A stretch of 64,000 nucleotides of DNA, from the NCBI GenBank assembly GCA_017456985.1, contig JAFTIH010000037.1, forward strand, positions 5,558 through 69,557. Reading direction: 5' to 3'. The notes beneath the pieces are model-generated. The model saw only the letters and a list, made by a program, of their open reading frames with translations, did no database searches and was not told where the DNA came from. This stretch comes from Clostridia bacterium. Its GTDB lineage: Bacteria > Bacillota > Clostridia > Oscillospirales > CAG-272. The translations under genes were made by a program, and so were the position numbers. Of this stretch, positions 1 to 7,984 are shown in pieces. How positions within the stretch are numbered: the stretch's first letter is position 1; the number at the start of each line of letters is the position of its first letter.

Positions 1-2127
1 GCCCACGAGGGTCAGTGCCGCCAAAGCGGAGAGCCTTATATCTGCCACCCCATCGCCGTTGCCGCAAGCGTTGCCTCGTTAGGGCTTGACACGGACAGCG
101 TCTGCGCCGCCCTTCTGCACGACACCGTCGAGGACTGCGAGGGCATCACCGCCGAGCTTCTTTGCGAGCGGTTCGGAAAGGACGTCGCCACCATCGTGGA
201 GGGCGTTACCAAGATCGTTTCGGTCTCCATTGAGGACCGCGAGGAGGCGCAGATCGAAAACATCCGCAAGATGATGCTCGCCATCTCCAAGGACATCCGC
301 GTCATCATCGTCAAGCTTTGCGATCGCTTGCACAATATGAGAACGCTGGGCGGCAAGAAAAACAGCGACCGCCAGCGTGAGATCGCGCTTGAAACGATGT
401 ACGTCTATGCGCCGCTTGCCCACCGACTCGGTATGCAGCGCATCAAGCTCGAGCTTGAAAATCTCGCGCTGTATTACCTAGACCCCATCGGCTACGCCGA
501 GGTCACCGAGGCGATCGACCGCCGCTTCGGCACCAGCCGAGAGCTTCTCGCCTCCGCCCGCACGAAGATCGAGGAGCGCGTGGCGTCCTACGGCATCAAG
601 GCGGACCTTGAGGACCGCATCAAATCCGTATATAGCCTGTACCGTAAGATCTACGAGCTTGGAAAGCCCTTTGAGGAGATCTACGACTTTTACGCACTGC
701 GTCTTATCGTGGATACCGTGGAGGAGTGCTATATGGTGCTTGGCATCGTGCACGAGATGTTCACCTCCATCCCCGGGCGCTTCAAGGACTATATTTCTAT
801 GCCCAAGCCCAATATGTACCGCTCCCTGCACACCACGGTCATGAGCCGTGACGGCATCCCCTTCGAGGTGCAGATCCGTACTCACGAGATGCACGAAACC
901 GCTGAGTTCGGTATCGCGGCGCATTGGCGTTACAAAACGGGCGAAGCGGCGAGCAAGAAGAGCGATGAGGTGGATAAACAGCTTGCGTGGATCGCTTCTC
1001 TTATCGAAGCGGATGAGGGAACGCGCGACCCCGACGAGTATATCCATTCCTTCAAGGGCAATCTCTTCCGCGAGGAGATCTTCGTATTTACTCCCAAGGG
1101 TGACGTCATCTCCCTGCCGCGCGGCGCGACCGTCATCGACTTCGCCTACACCATCCACACGGCAGTCGGCAATAAGATGGTGGGCGCTAAGATCAACGGC
1201 GTCATCGTCCCCATCGACCGCGTTCCCCAAACGGGCGACGTCGTGGAGATCTTAACGCAAAACAACAAGGGACCCAGCCGCGATTGGCTGAACATCGTCA
1301 CCACCTCCGAGGCACGCGGTAAGATCCGCCAGTGGTTCAAAAAGGAAAAACGCCCCGAGAATATTGAGCTTGGGCGCGAGATGCTTGAGCGTGAGCTTCG
1401 CCGTCTTGGGCACGCCTTTACCCCCTCGGAAACGAACGAGATCTTTACGGCGACCGCCGAGCGTATGGGTATGGCGACGCTTGACGATCTCTTTGATACC
1501 GTGGGCTATGGCGGACTGACGCTCTCTCGCGTAGCGGTGCGCTTAAAGGAAGAAAGCGCCAAGCTTTTGCGTGCGCAAGCCACGGCGACGGAAGCCCCCA
1601 AAACGGCAGACGAAGCCGCGATGGAGAGCATCAAGGAGAAGAGTCGCGTCCGCGCGAGCAAAAAGCAGAGCGGCGGCGTGATCGTGGACGGCGCAGAGGG
1701 GTGCCTCATCAAGTTCGCCCGTTGCTGCAACCCTCTGCCGGGCGACTCTATCATCGGCTTCGTCACGCGCGGCTTCGGCGTTTCGGTGCATAAGCGTGAC
1801 TGCCCCAACGCCGTTTCGGGCGTCGCTGACACCTCGCAGGCGTCGCGCTGGCTGAGCGCCCACTGGGAGCAAAAAACGGAAACGCAAAGCGAAATGTACG
1901 AGGCGTCCGTGTCTATTCTCACCGAGGATAAGATCGGCGTGCTTGCCGACGTTTCCATCGCACTTGCCGAGATGAAGATCCCCGTGCATACCATCAACGT
2001 CGCCCCGCCCAAGGACGGAAAGGCGATCATTCACCTGACGGTCGGATGTAAGAATACCGAGCACTATAACGCCATCGTTGCGCGCTTGCGTGCGATCCCC
2101 ACCGTCATTCGCATCACAAGAAATTAA
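1..2127 (+). CDS. relA: Bifunctional (p)ppGpp synthetase/hydrolase, RelA/SpoT family (5' end cut by window edge)
   Basis: Frame 1 is open from nt 1 and reads ...CHPIAVA...LLHDTVEDC (HD hydrolase motif) upstream of tracked ORF 196..2127. Synthetase region (YRSLHTTV, FEVQIRT), TGS-like segment (IFVFTPKGDVISLPRGATVIDFAY) and a C-terminal ACT-like domain are present. Confidence 0.95.
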   Translation, partial: AHEGQCRQSGEPYICHPIAVAASVASLGLDTDSVCAALLHDTVEDCEGITAELLCERFGKDVATIVEGVTKIVSVSIEDREEAQIENIRKMMLAISKDIRVIIVKLCDRLHNMRTLGGKKNSDRQREIALETMYVYAPLAHRLGMQRIKLELENLALYYLDPIGYAEVTEAIDRRFGTSRELLASARTKIEERVASYGIKADLEDRIKSVYSLYRKIYELGKPFEEIYDFYALRLIVDTVEECYMVLGIVHEMFTSIPGRFKDYISMPKPNMYRSLHTTVMSRDGIPFEVQIRTHEMHETAEFGIAAHWRYKTGEAASKKSDEVDKQLAWIASLIEADEGTRDPDEYIHSFKGNLFREEIFVFTPKGDVISLPRGATVIDFAYTIHTAVGNKMVGAKINGVIVPIDRVPQTGDVVEILTQNNKGPSRDWLNIVTTSEARGKIRQWFKKEKRPENIELGREMLERELRRLGHAFTPSETNEIFTATAERMGMATLDDLFDTVGYGGLTLSRVAVRLKEESAKLLRAQATATEAPKTADEAAMESIKEKSRVRASKKQSGGVIVDGAEGCLIKFARCCNPLPGDSIIGFVTRGFGVSVHKRDCPNAVSGVADTSQASRWLSAHWEQKTETQSEMYEASVSILTEDKIGVLADVSIALAEMKIPVHTINVAPPKDGKAIIHLTVGCKNTEHYNAIVARLRAIPTVIRITRN

Positions 2128-2173
2128 GAAGGGCGCGCGGCACCCTGCGGTGCCGCGCCCAAAAAGGACTTTT

Positions 2174-2638
2174 ATGATAGCAGTATTACAGCGCGTAAAA
2201 AACGCCGCCGTCAAAAGTGACGGCATCCCCACGGGCGCGTGCGGACAAGGCTTTATGATCCTGCTCGGCGTGCTTGCGGGCGATACCGAGGAGGACGCCC
2301 GCCTGCTTGCGGACAAAATCGCCAAATTCCGCGTCTTTTCGGACGCTGAGGGAAAAATGAATTTATCTTTGGGTGACGTTGGCGGGGAAGCGCTCGTCGT
2401 TTCCAACTTTACGCTCGGCGCCAACTACGCGCACGGCAACCGTCCCGACTTTTTCGCCTCAGCGCATCCGTCGGTGGCAGAGCCGCTTTACGAGCACTTC
2501 GTTTCGCTCCTTTCGGAGCGCGTTGCCCACGTTGGCACGGGCGTGTTCGGCGCAGATATGGAGATCACGATGACTGCGGACGGTCCCGTCACGGTCGTAA
2601 TGGACTCCGAAAAGCTGAAAAAAGGCAAGAAAGCATAA
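2174..2638 (+). CDS. dtd: D-aminoacyl-tRNA deacylase
   Basis: MIAVLQRV...GQGFMILLGV...VVSNFTL...GNRPDF is the typical Dtd sequence. The internal ATG at 2174 gives the canonical N-terminus; the ORF-track start at 2078 overlaps relA. Confidence 0.93.
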   Translation: MIAVLQRVKNAAVKSDGIPTGACGQGFMILLGVLAGDTEEDARLLADKIAKFRVFSDAEGKMNLSLGDVGGEALVVSNFTLGANYAHGNRPDFFASAHPSVAEPLYEHFVSLLSERVAHVGTGVFGADMEITMTADGPVTVVMDSEKLKKGKKA

Positions 2639-2730
2639 ATGTATTTTGATCTTATCGGCGCGTGCCGTCCCTCGGACGGAATCTCCACGCGCGTGACGGC
2701 ACGCACGGCGTGCAGAAGGGAGGTGCGCGT

Positions 2731-4236
2731 ATGATCCTTCGTATGGAGGGCACCGACAACAACTATTACGTTCAAACACTTTGTATGATCTTTTTCCCGG
2801 GCTCGCGCTTCTCCGAGAACGTGCAGCCCTCTCCCGATACCCCCGAGATCTTCGTCAAGCTGACGAAGGAAGAAAACAAATGCATCGCCTACACCTCGAT
2901 GAAGCTGGGCGCAAAATTCGTGGAGGCGTACGGCGAGGCTGAGCCTACCGCGGACATTCCCGATCCCGCGCGCGTAGAGAAAATCGCGCTCGGACGCGCC
3001 ATTTTCAGTGCGGGCAAGGCGCTTCTCGGCTATACGAACGCCTGGGGCATCTTAACGGGCGTGCGCCCCGCCAAGGTCGCCAACGAGATCATCGCGGGCG
3101 GCGCCGATCTCAATAAGACCAAGCGCATTTTGCGCGACGAGTATTTCGTCAACCCCAAGAAGGCGGCGCTTGCCGTTTCGGTGGCGGCGGCGGAAAACCG
3201 TCTGGTCAAAAAGCTTCCCGACGGACTTTGCAGCGTGTATATCTCTATCCCGTTCTGCCCGTCGCGGTGCGCTTATTGCTCCTTCGTCTCGGCGGCAACG
3301 CAAAAAATGCTTGCCCTGCTCGACGATTACTTAGCCCGCCTCTTTATTGACATTGAAAACATTTTCACCCTCATCCGCGAGCGGGGACTTCGCGTCGCTA
3401 CCGTCTATATCGGCGGCGGAACGCCCACGGTGCTTGACGAAAAGCAGTTAAACGCGCTTCTTTCGCACGTTCGCCGCTTCGTCGATCCCGAAACGCTCTT
3501 CGAGTTTACGCTTGAGGCAGGGCGCCCCGATACCATCACGGCGGAAAAGCTCCGCGTCGCCAAGGAAAACGGCATCAGCCGCATCAGCGTCAACCCCCAG
3601 ACGCTCGAAGCGCACGTTCTGCGCATCATCGGACGCCGCCATACGGTCGAGGATTTCTTCCGCGCCTATGAGATCGCGGAGCATTCGGGCATCCGTGACG
3701 TCAATATCGACCTGATCGCGGGACTGCCGGGCGACAACTTCCACGGCTTCTCCGCCACGCTGGACCGCATCCTTCCGATGGGAGCAAGCAACCTGACGGT
3801 GCATACCTTCACCGTCAAAAAGGCGGCGAACATCCTCAAAGAGGAGGAGAACTACTACTCCATCACGGGCGGCGACGTCGCCAAAAGCGTGGAGTACTCT
3901 CAACTGCGCACCAAGGCGTACGGCTATAAGCCCTACTATATGTACCGTCAAAAGAACACCGTGGGCAACCAGGAAAACGTCGGCTACGCCAAGGAAGGAC
4001 ACGAGGGCTATTACAACGTCTTTATGATGGAAGAGCTGCACAGTATCTTTGCCGTGGGTGCGGGCGCTGTGACCAAGCTCGTCAAGCGGGATGCCGAGGG
4101 AAAACGAAGCATTTCGCGTATATTTACCCCCAAATATCCATATGAATATTTACGGGATGCCGAAAAGATCAGTACGGGTGACGGCGAGAAGCTATCCTTC
4201 GCCGCACGCGTGAACGCCTTTTTCGACACGCCGTAA
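2731..4236 (+). CDS. hemZ: Radical SAM protein, HemZ/HemN-like coproporphyrinogen dehydrogenase family
   Basis: CxxxCxxC radical-SAM motif (IPFCPSRCAYCSF), GGGTPT motif and a HemN-type C-terminal region. GGAGG RBS lies before the ATG at 2731. The relA-dtd-hemZ order is common in Firmicutes. True substrate is unknown. Confidence 0.75.
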   Translation: MILRMEGTDNNYYVQTLCMIFFPGSRFSENVQPSPDTPEIFVKLTKEENKCIAYTSMKLGAKFVEAYGEAEPTADIPDPARVEKIALGRAIFSAGKALLGYTNAWGILTGVRPAKVANEIIAGGADLNKTKRILRDEYFVNPKKAALAVSVAAAENRLVKKLPDGLCSVYISIPFCPSRCAYCSFVSAATQKMLALLDDYLARLFIDIENIFTLIRERGLRVATVYIGGGTPTVLDEKQLNALLSHVRRFVDPETLFEFTLEAGRPDTITAEKLRVAKENGISRISVNPQTLEAHVLRIIGRRHTVEDFFRAYEIAEHSGIRDVNIDLIAGLPGDNFHGFSATLDRILPMGASNLTVHTFTVKKAANILKEEENYYSITGGDVAKSVEYSQLRTKAYGYKPYYMYRQKNTVGNQENVGYAKEGHEGYYNVFMMEELHSIFAVGAGAVTKLVKRDAEGKRSISRIFTPKYPYEYLRDAEKISTGDGEKLSFAARVNAFFDTP

Positions 4237-4248
4237 TGTTCGACACCC

Positions 4249-4282
4249 AAAACGGGGCAGTCGCAGACTGCCCCGTTTTTTT
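4249..4282 (+). terminator. Rho-independent terminator after hemZ-like gene
   Basis: ACGGGGCAGTC-gca-GACTGCCCCGT followed by a T7 run. Confidence 0.7.
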
Positions 4283-4292
4283 GGAGGGAAAT

Positions 4293-5912
4293 ATGGAAAA
4301 AGTCAAGAAACATACGAGGAGCGGCGCACTGCGCACGGGCGTTTTGATTTTAACGGTCGCCAATCTTGCCGTTAAGGTGCTGGGCTTCGCCTATAAGGTG
4401 CCGCTCAACGCGCTTCTCGGGGACGAGATGGCAAACGTCAACGCCGCGTGCGCGCTGTACGCGCTTCTTTACACCGTGTCTACCGCAGGGATCCCCAGCG
4501 CCGTCGCGCTCTCGGTCTCCCGTGCGCGTGCCGCAAAGGATGGCGCCCGCATCAAGCGCCTCTTCGACGGCACGATGACGCTCTTGCTTGCGGTGGGGTG
4601 CTTGCTTTCTCTTCTTCTTTTGCTTCTTGCTCACCCTATCTCCTTGATGAGCACGGATGGGGAAGGATTTCTTTGCACCGTCGCCATCGCCCCCGCGCTC
4701 TTCTTTACCGCCGCATCGGCTGTCCTGCGCGGTTTTTTTCAAGGCTTCTCCCTTCTGACTCCCACCGCCGTTTCAGAGCTGTTTGAGGCGCTTGGAAAAA
4801 CGCTCTTCGGGCTCGCTCTCGCCTTCTTTTCCTTGCAAAGCTTGGGAAAGCCCGCCCCCGTCGCCGCGGCGCTCGCTGTCTTTGGTATCACGCTCGGCGT
4901 TTTGATGGGCGCGGCGTACCTTGCACTTTTTTATAAGCGGCACGCGCCCGCACTGCTGGCACCGCTCGATGCTCCCTCGCCCCAAAAGGAAGGCTGGGGC
5001 GCCATCTACCGCACGCTCCTCGTGACCGCTCTGCCGCTTGCGCTTTGCTCGGCGTTAATGAGCCTTTCTTCGCTTCTCGATGCGGGGCTGATGCGCCCGC
5101 TCCTCGCCTCGTACTATGGGGACGAGGCGCTCGCCAAAGCCCTGTATTCCGATTATTCCACGGGAGCGCTGACGCTCTACAACCTGCCCGCCGTCCTGAT
5201 CACGCCGCTTGCCGCCGCGCTCATTCCCTACGTTTCGGGTGCCGCCGCTCGCGGGGAAGAGGAGCGCGCAAAGGAGATCACCCGTGCAACGATCAAGCTC
5301 GCCGCCGTCCTTTCGCTCCCCTGCGCGGCAGGACTGCTCGTGCTTGCTCGCCCCATTCTTTCCTTCGTTTTCGGTGCCGACGTCAATATGGCAGATCACG
5401 CGGGTCCCTCGCTCTCCGTCCTTGCCGTCGCCGTCTTTCTCGCCGCCGTCCTAACCGTCACCACCGCCACCCTGCAAGCGATGGGGCGCGCCCGTCTTCC
5501 CATTTTCTCTCTCGGCGTCGGGGTGCTTTGCAAGCTTCTTTCAATGTCGCTTCTCGTTTCGCGCTTCGGAACGCTTGGCGTCCCGCTTTCCACCGTTGCG
5601 TTTTACGCGGTTTCCGTTCTTTTAAATCTCGTGTTTCTTTCAAGGCTCCGCCTTTTACGCCTTCGTCCCTTCGACACCTTCTTGCGCCCTCTTTTTTGTG
5701 CCGCCGCGTGCGGCGGAATGGCGTATTTCTCCTACCGACCGCTTGCTCCCGTCCTCGGCTCCGCCGCAGCGCTCTTGCTTGCCGTTTTGCTGGGGGGCGT
5801 TGTTTATTTGCTCCTTCTCGTGCTCACGCGCGCCCTCAACGGACGCGAGATCGCACTGTTACCGCTTGGCAAACGGACGCGCGCTATTCTTGAAAATGTT
5901 TTCAAAGTGTGA
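4293..5912 (+). CDS. MOP-superfamily polysaccharide/lipid II flippase (YabM/SpoVB/MurJ-like)
   Basis: About 14 predicted TM segments and an N-terminus (GALRTGVLILTVANLAVKVLGFAYKVPLNALLGDE) typical of MurJ/SpoVB. Start chosen at 4293 (GGAGGG RBS, downstream of the terminator). Position upstream of hup-yabO-yabP-yabQ mirrors B. subtilis yabM. Confidence 0.75.
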   Translation: MEKVKKHTRSGALRTGVLILTVANLAVKVLGFAYKVPLNALLGDEMANVNAACALYALLYTVSTAGIPSAVALSVSRARAAKDGARIKRLFDGTMTLLLAVGCLLSLLLLLLAHPISLMSTDGEGFLCTVAIAPALFFTAASAVLRGFFQGFSLLTPTAVSELFEALGKTLFGLALAFFSLQSLGKPAPVAAALAVFGITLGVLMGAAYLALFYKRHAPALLAPLDAPSPQKEGWGAIYRTLLVTALPLALCSALMSLSSLLDAGLMRPLLASYYGDEALAKALYSDYSTGALTLYNLPAVLITPLAAALIPYVSGAAARGEEERAKEITRATIKLAAVLSLPCAAGLLVLARPILSFVFGADVNMADHAGPSLSVLAVAVFLAAVLTVTTATLQAMGRARLPIFSLGVGVLCKLLSMSLLVSRFGTLGVPLSTVAFYAVSVLLNLVFLSRLRLLRLRPFDTFLRPLFCAAACGGMAYFSYRPLAPVLGSAAALLLAVLLGGVVYLLLLVLTRALNGREIALLPLGKRTRAILENVFKV

Positions 5913-6013
5913 ACAAATCCACAAAAGGGGACCGAAAATGAACAAATTTGAGGAAAAAATATCAAAAAAATTCTAAAAATTGTAAAAAAAGCCCATTTTT
6001 TTTAAAAAACCTC

Positions 6014-6042
6014 TTGACTATTTGTATATTTTGCGGTACAAT
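6014..6042 (+). promoter_or_regulatory. Sigma-A type promoter for hup
   Basis: TTGACT (6014-6019), 17 nt spacer, TACAAT (6037-6042), preceded by an A/T-rich UP-like tract. Confidence 0.55.
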
Positions 6043-6078
6043 ATAAGTGGAAACTAAAAAAGAAAGGTGAGTACTCCC

Positions 6079-6354
6079 ATGAACAAGACGCAATTGATCG
6101 ATGTCGTAGCAAAAGAGGCTAATCTGAAGAAGAAGGATGCAGAGGCAGCAGTTGCAGCAGCATTTGATGCCATCGCAGCCGCTCTCGCAGCAGGCGAGAA
6201 GGTTCAGTTGATCGGCTTCGGCAGCTTTGAGGTTAAGGCAAGAGCTGCAAGAGAGGGTCACAACCCCGCTACGGGCGCAAAGATCACGATTCCCGCATCC
6301 AAGAACGTCGGCTTTGCTGCAAGCAAGGCTCTGAAGGAGAAGATCAACGGCTAA
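6079..6354 (+). CDS. hup: DNA-binding protein HU
   Basis: [11 protein letters not shown]...[38 protein letters not shown] is the canonical HU/IHF fold sequence. Confidence 0.96.
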   Translation: MNKTQLIDVVAKEANLKKKDAEAAVAAAFDAIAAALAAGEKVQLIGFGSFEVKARAAREGHNPATGAKITIPASKNVGFAASKALKEKING

Positions 6355-6602
6355 TGCGCCTTGATAAATTCCTGAAGGTCTCTCGGATCATCAAGCGTCG
6401 CACCGTCGCCAATGACGCGTGCGACGCTTCGCACGTTTCGGTAAACGGGCGCCCCGCAAAAGCGTCGTACGACGTCAAGGTGGGGGATGAAATTGCCGTA
6501 TCCTTTGGCGCGCGCACGCTGCGCGTGCGTGTTCTCTCCGTCAAGGAGGTCGTGAAAAAGGAAGATGCGGCAGGGCTATATGAAATCGTAAGCGAAGGAT
6601 AG
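6354..6602 (+). CDS. yabO: S4-domain RNA-binding protein (YabO-like)
   Basis: [19 protein letters not shown]...V.VNGR.AK S4 motif, 82 aa. ATG overlaps the hup stop. Synteny with yabP/yabQ. Confidence 0.85.
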   Translation: MRLDKFLKVSRIIKRRTVANDACDASHVSVNGRPAKASYDVKVGDEIAVSFGARTLRVRVLSVKEVVKKEDAAGLYEIVSEG

Positions 6603-6630
6603 AGAAGAAACTCTATCCTTTTTCTTTTTT
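6597..6630 (+). terminator. Rho-independent terminator after yabO
   Basis: GGATAGAG-aagaaa-CTCTATCC followed by TTTTTCTTTTTT. Confidence 0.65.
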
Positions 6631-6654
6631 CGTGTAGGCAAGCCCTCGTACCCC

Positions 6655-6925
6655 CCTTATGCCCGCAGGCGCATTCCACTTGCCTTGGCGAATTGCAAGC
6701 CCAGAGGGCATTTCAAGAATTCCGCTAGGAATTCATTTCATCGCGCCCCGCTTTTGCGGGGCGCATAAAATCATAAGAGAAAAAACTCGCGGGCAAGGCT
6801 CCCTTACAAAAATCCTTATGCCCGCAGGCATTTCATTCGCCTTGGCGAATTTCAAGCCCAACGGGCATTTCAAGAATTCCGCTAGGAATTCATTTCATCG
6901 CGTTGCGCTTTCGCGCAACGCATAA
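6655..6925. repeat. Two copies (6655-6768, 6814-6925) of a 112-114 nt module built from consecutive mini-hairpins
   Basis: Direct comparison of the two copies, offset 159 nt. Hairpins ATGCC/GGCAT, ATTCGC/GCGAAT, GCCC/GGGC, GAATTCC/GGAATTC and GCGTTGCGC/GCGCAACGC are separated by TTC/ATTTCA. Confidence 0.85.
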
Positions 6926-6974
6926 GTGCCTCGCTTTTTGCATATCTTAAACCAAATCATAAGGGGGGAAGGAT

Positions 6975-7253
6975 ATGCAAGAGGAAAAGACGGGACGCAC
7001 GTCCCACACGCTGACGCTCAAGTCGCGCAAGGAGATCTTCCTGAACGAGGTCGAGGAGCTGATCCGCTTCGACGAAGCGGCGGTGCTTTGCAGGACATCA
7101 GAGGGACTTTTAACGGTCGAGGGGGAAGGGTTGCGCGTGACAGGCTTTCACGCCACCGAGGGAACGCTCTCGCTTTCGGGTGACATTTCAGGGCTCTTTT
7201 ACGAGAGCGGAAAAAAGAAGCCCGCCATCGGGCTCTTCGGTCGCGCACGGTGA
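6975..7253 (+). CDS. yabP: Sporulation protein YabP
   Basis: 92 aa; HTLTLKSRKEIFLNEVEELIRFDEAAVLCRTSEGLLTVEGEGLRV matches the YabP family pattern. Followed by yabQ with a GTGA start/stop overlap. Confidence 0.85.
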   Translation: MQEEKTGRTSHTLTLKSRKEIFLNEVEELIRFDEAAVLCRTSEGLLTVEGEGLRVTGFHATEGTLSLSGDISGLFYESGKKKPAIGLFGRAR

Positions 7254-7984
7254 CGGGCGCGACTCACCTTTGTGCGCTGGCGCTCGCACTGCTTTCCCTC
7301 TTGTTTGGTGGGGGACTTTGCGTTTTGCGCGAGGCGCTTCGCGGGTGCTTGGCGGCGCTTCGTTTGTTGCCGCCGCCCATCCGCTATCGCTCTCCCTTTC
7401 CTGCCTTGCTCGGTCAAGCTCACAGGAAAAAGAAAGAGGAAAGCGAAAAAGAAGCTCGGAGTGAAAGCAGAAAAGAAGATCCCGGCAAAAACGAAAAAGG
7501 AACGCGAAGCGAAAGCAGAAAAGAGGATCCCGGCAAAAGCGAAAAAGAAGTTCGGAGTGAAAGCAGAAAAAAAGATCCCGGCAAAAACGAAAAAGAAAAA
7601 GGGAAGGAGAAACGGCACCGCCTCCCACCCTTTGCTGTCGGAACTTTCTTTTTTGATCTTTTTTTCCTTCTCTCCTTCGCCGTCCTCTACCTGATCTTTT
7701 TATTCGTCGTCAACGAGGGTGTCGTGCGCGCCTATTCGCTCCTTTGCGTTTTTTTGGGCTTTTTCCTCTTGCGGCGAGCAGCGCACCGCGTGCTTGCTGT
7801 TCCGCTCTTTCGCCTTGGCAGCTTCCTTTTCTCCTTGCTCGCCTTTCTCGGTTCTTTTTTGATCTTTCCCGTTTTTGTGGGGATAAGAAGGCTCTCTTTT
7901 GAGAAAAAAGCCAAGAAGAACTTGACGAAAAGCAAAAAACGCAGTATAATAAAGGGGATAAAAAGGCATAAGGAGCAGACATGA
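7250..7984 (+). CDS. yabQ: Spore cortex biosynthesis protein YabQ with an inserted charged repeat region
   Basis: GTG start overlapping the yabP stop. TM-rich, with the YabQ signature region FVVNEGVVRAYSLLCVFLGF (compare B. subtilis HVNEGEMRFYIFLAVLLGF). Contains a KE-rich tandem-repeat insertion after TM1. Confidence 0.7.
   Translation: MTGATHLCALALALLSLLFGGGLCVLREALRGCLAALRLLPPPIRYRSPFPALLGQAHRKKKEESEKEARSESRKEDPGKNEKGTRSESRKEDPGKSEKEVRSESRKKDPGKNEKEKGKEKRHRLPPFAVGTFFFDLFFLLSFAVLYLIFLFVVNEGVVRAYSLLCVFLGFFLLRRAAHRVLAVPLFRLGSFLFSLLAFLGSFLIFPVFVGIRRLSFEKKAKKNLTKSKKRSIIKGIKRHKEQT
7436..7606. repeat. About 3.5 copies of a 48-bp (16-codon) tandem repeat inside yabQ
   Basis: CGGAGTGAAAGCAGAAAAGAAGATCCCGGCAAAAACGAAAAAGG recurs at 7457 and 7553, with a diverged copy at 7503. 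Encodes RSESRKEDPGKNEK(G/E)x units. Confidence 0.85.

Noticed and set aside
6659-6925. An 88-aa ORF spanning the hairpin-module repeat.
   Set aside because: It runs through the duplicated palindromic module, has no RBS, and its sequence simply reflects the repeat. The region is treated as noncoding.
6655-6925. CRISPR-like interpretation of the hairpin arrays, here and at 56794..56954.
   Set aside because: The repeated cores are only 6-8 nt, the 'spacers' are 9-20 nt and self-complementary, there is no leader, and no cas genes are in the window.
7188-7694. Overlapping ORFs 7188..7628(-), 7199..7618(-) and 7272..7694(+) in the yabQ repeat region.
   Set aside because: They are by-products of the purine-rich 48-bp tandem repeat. 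Only the frame continuing into the conserved YabQ core is credible.
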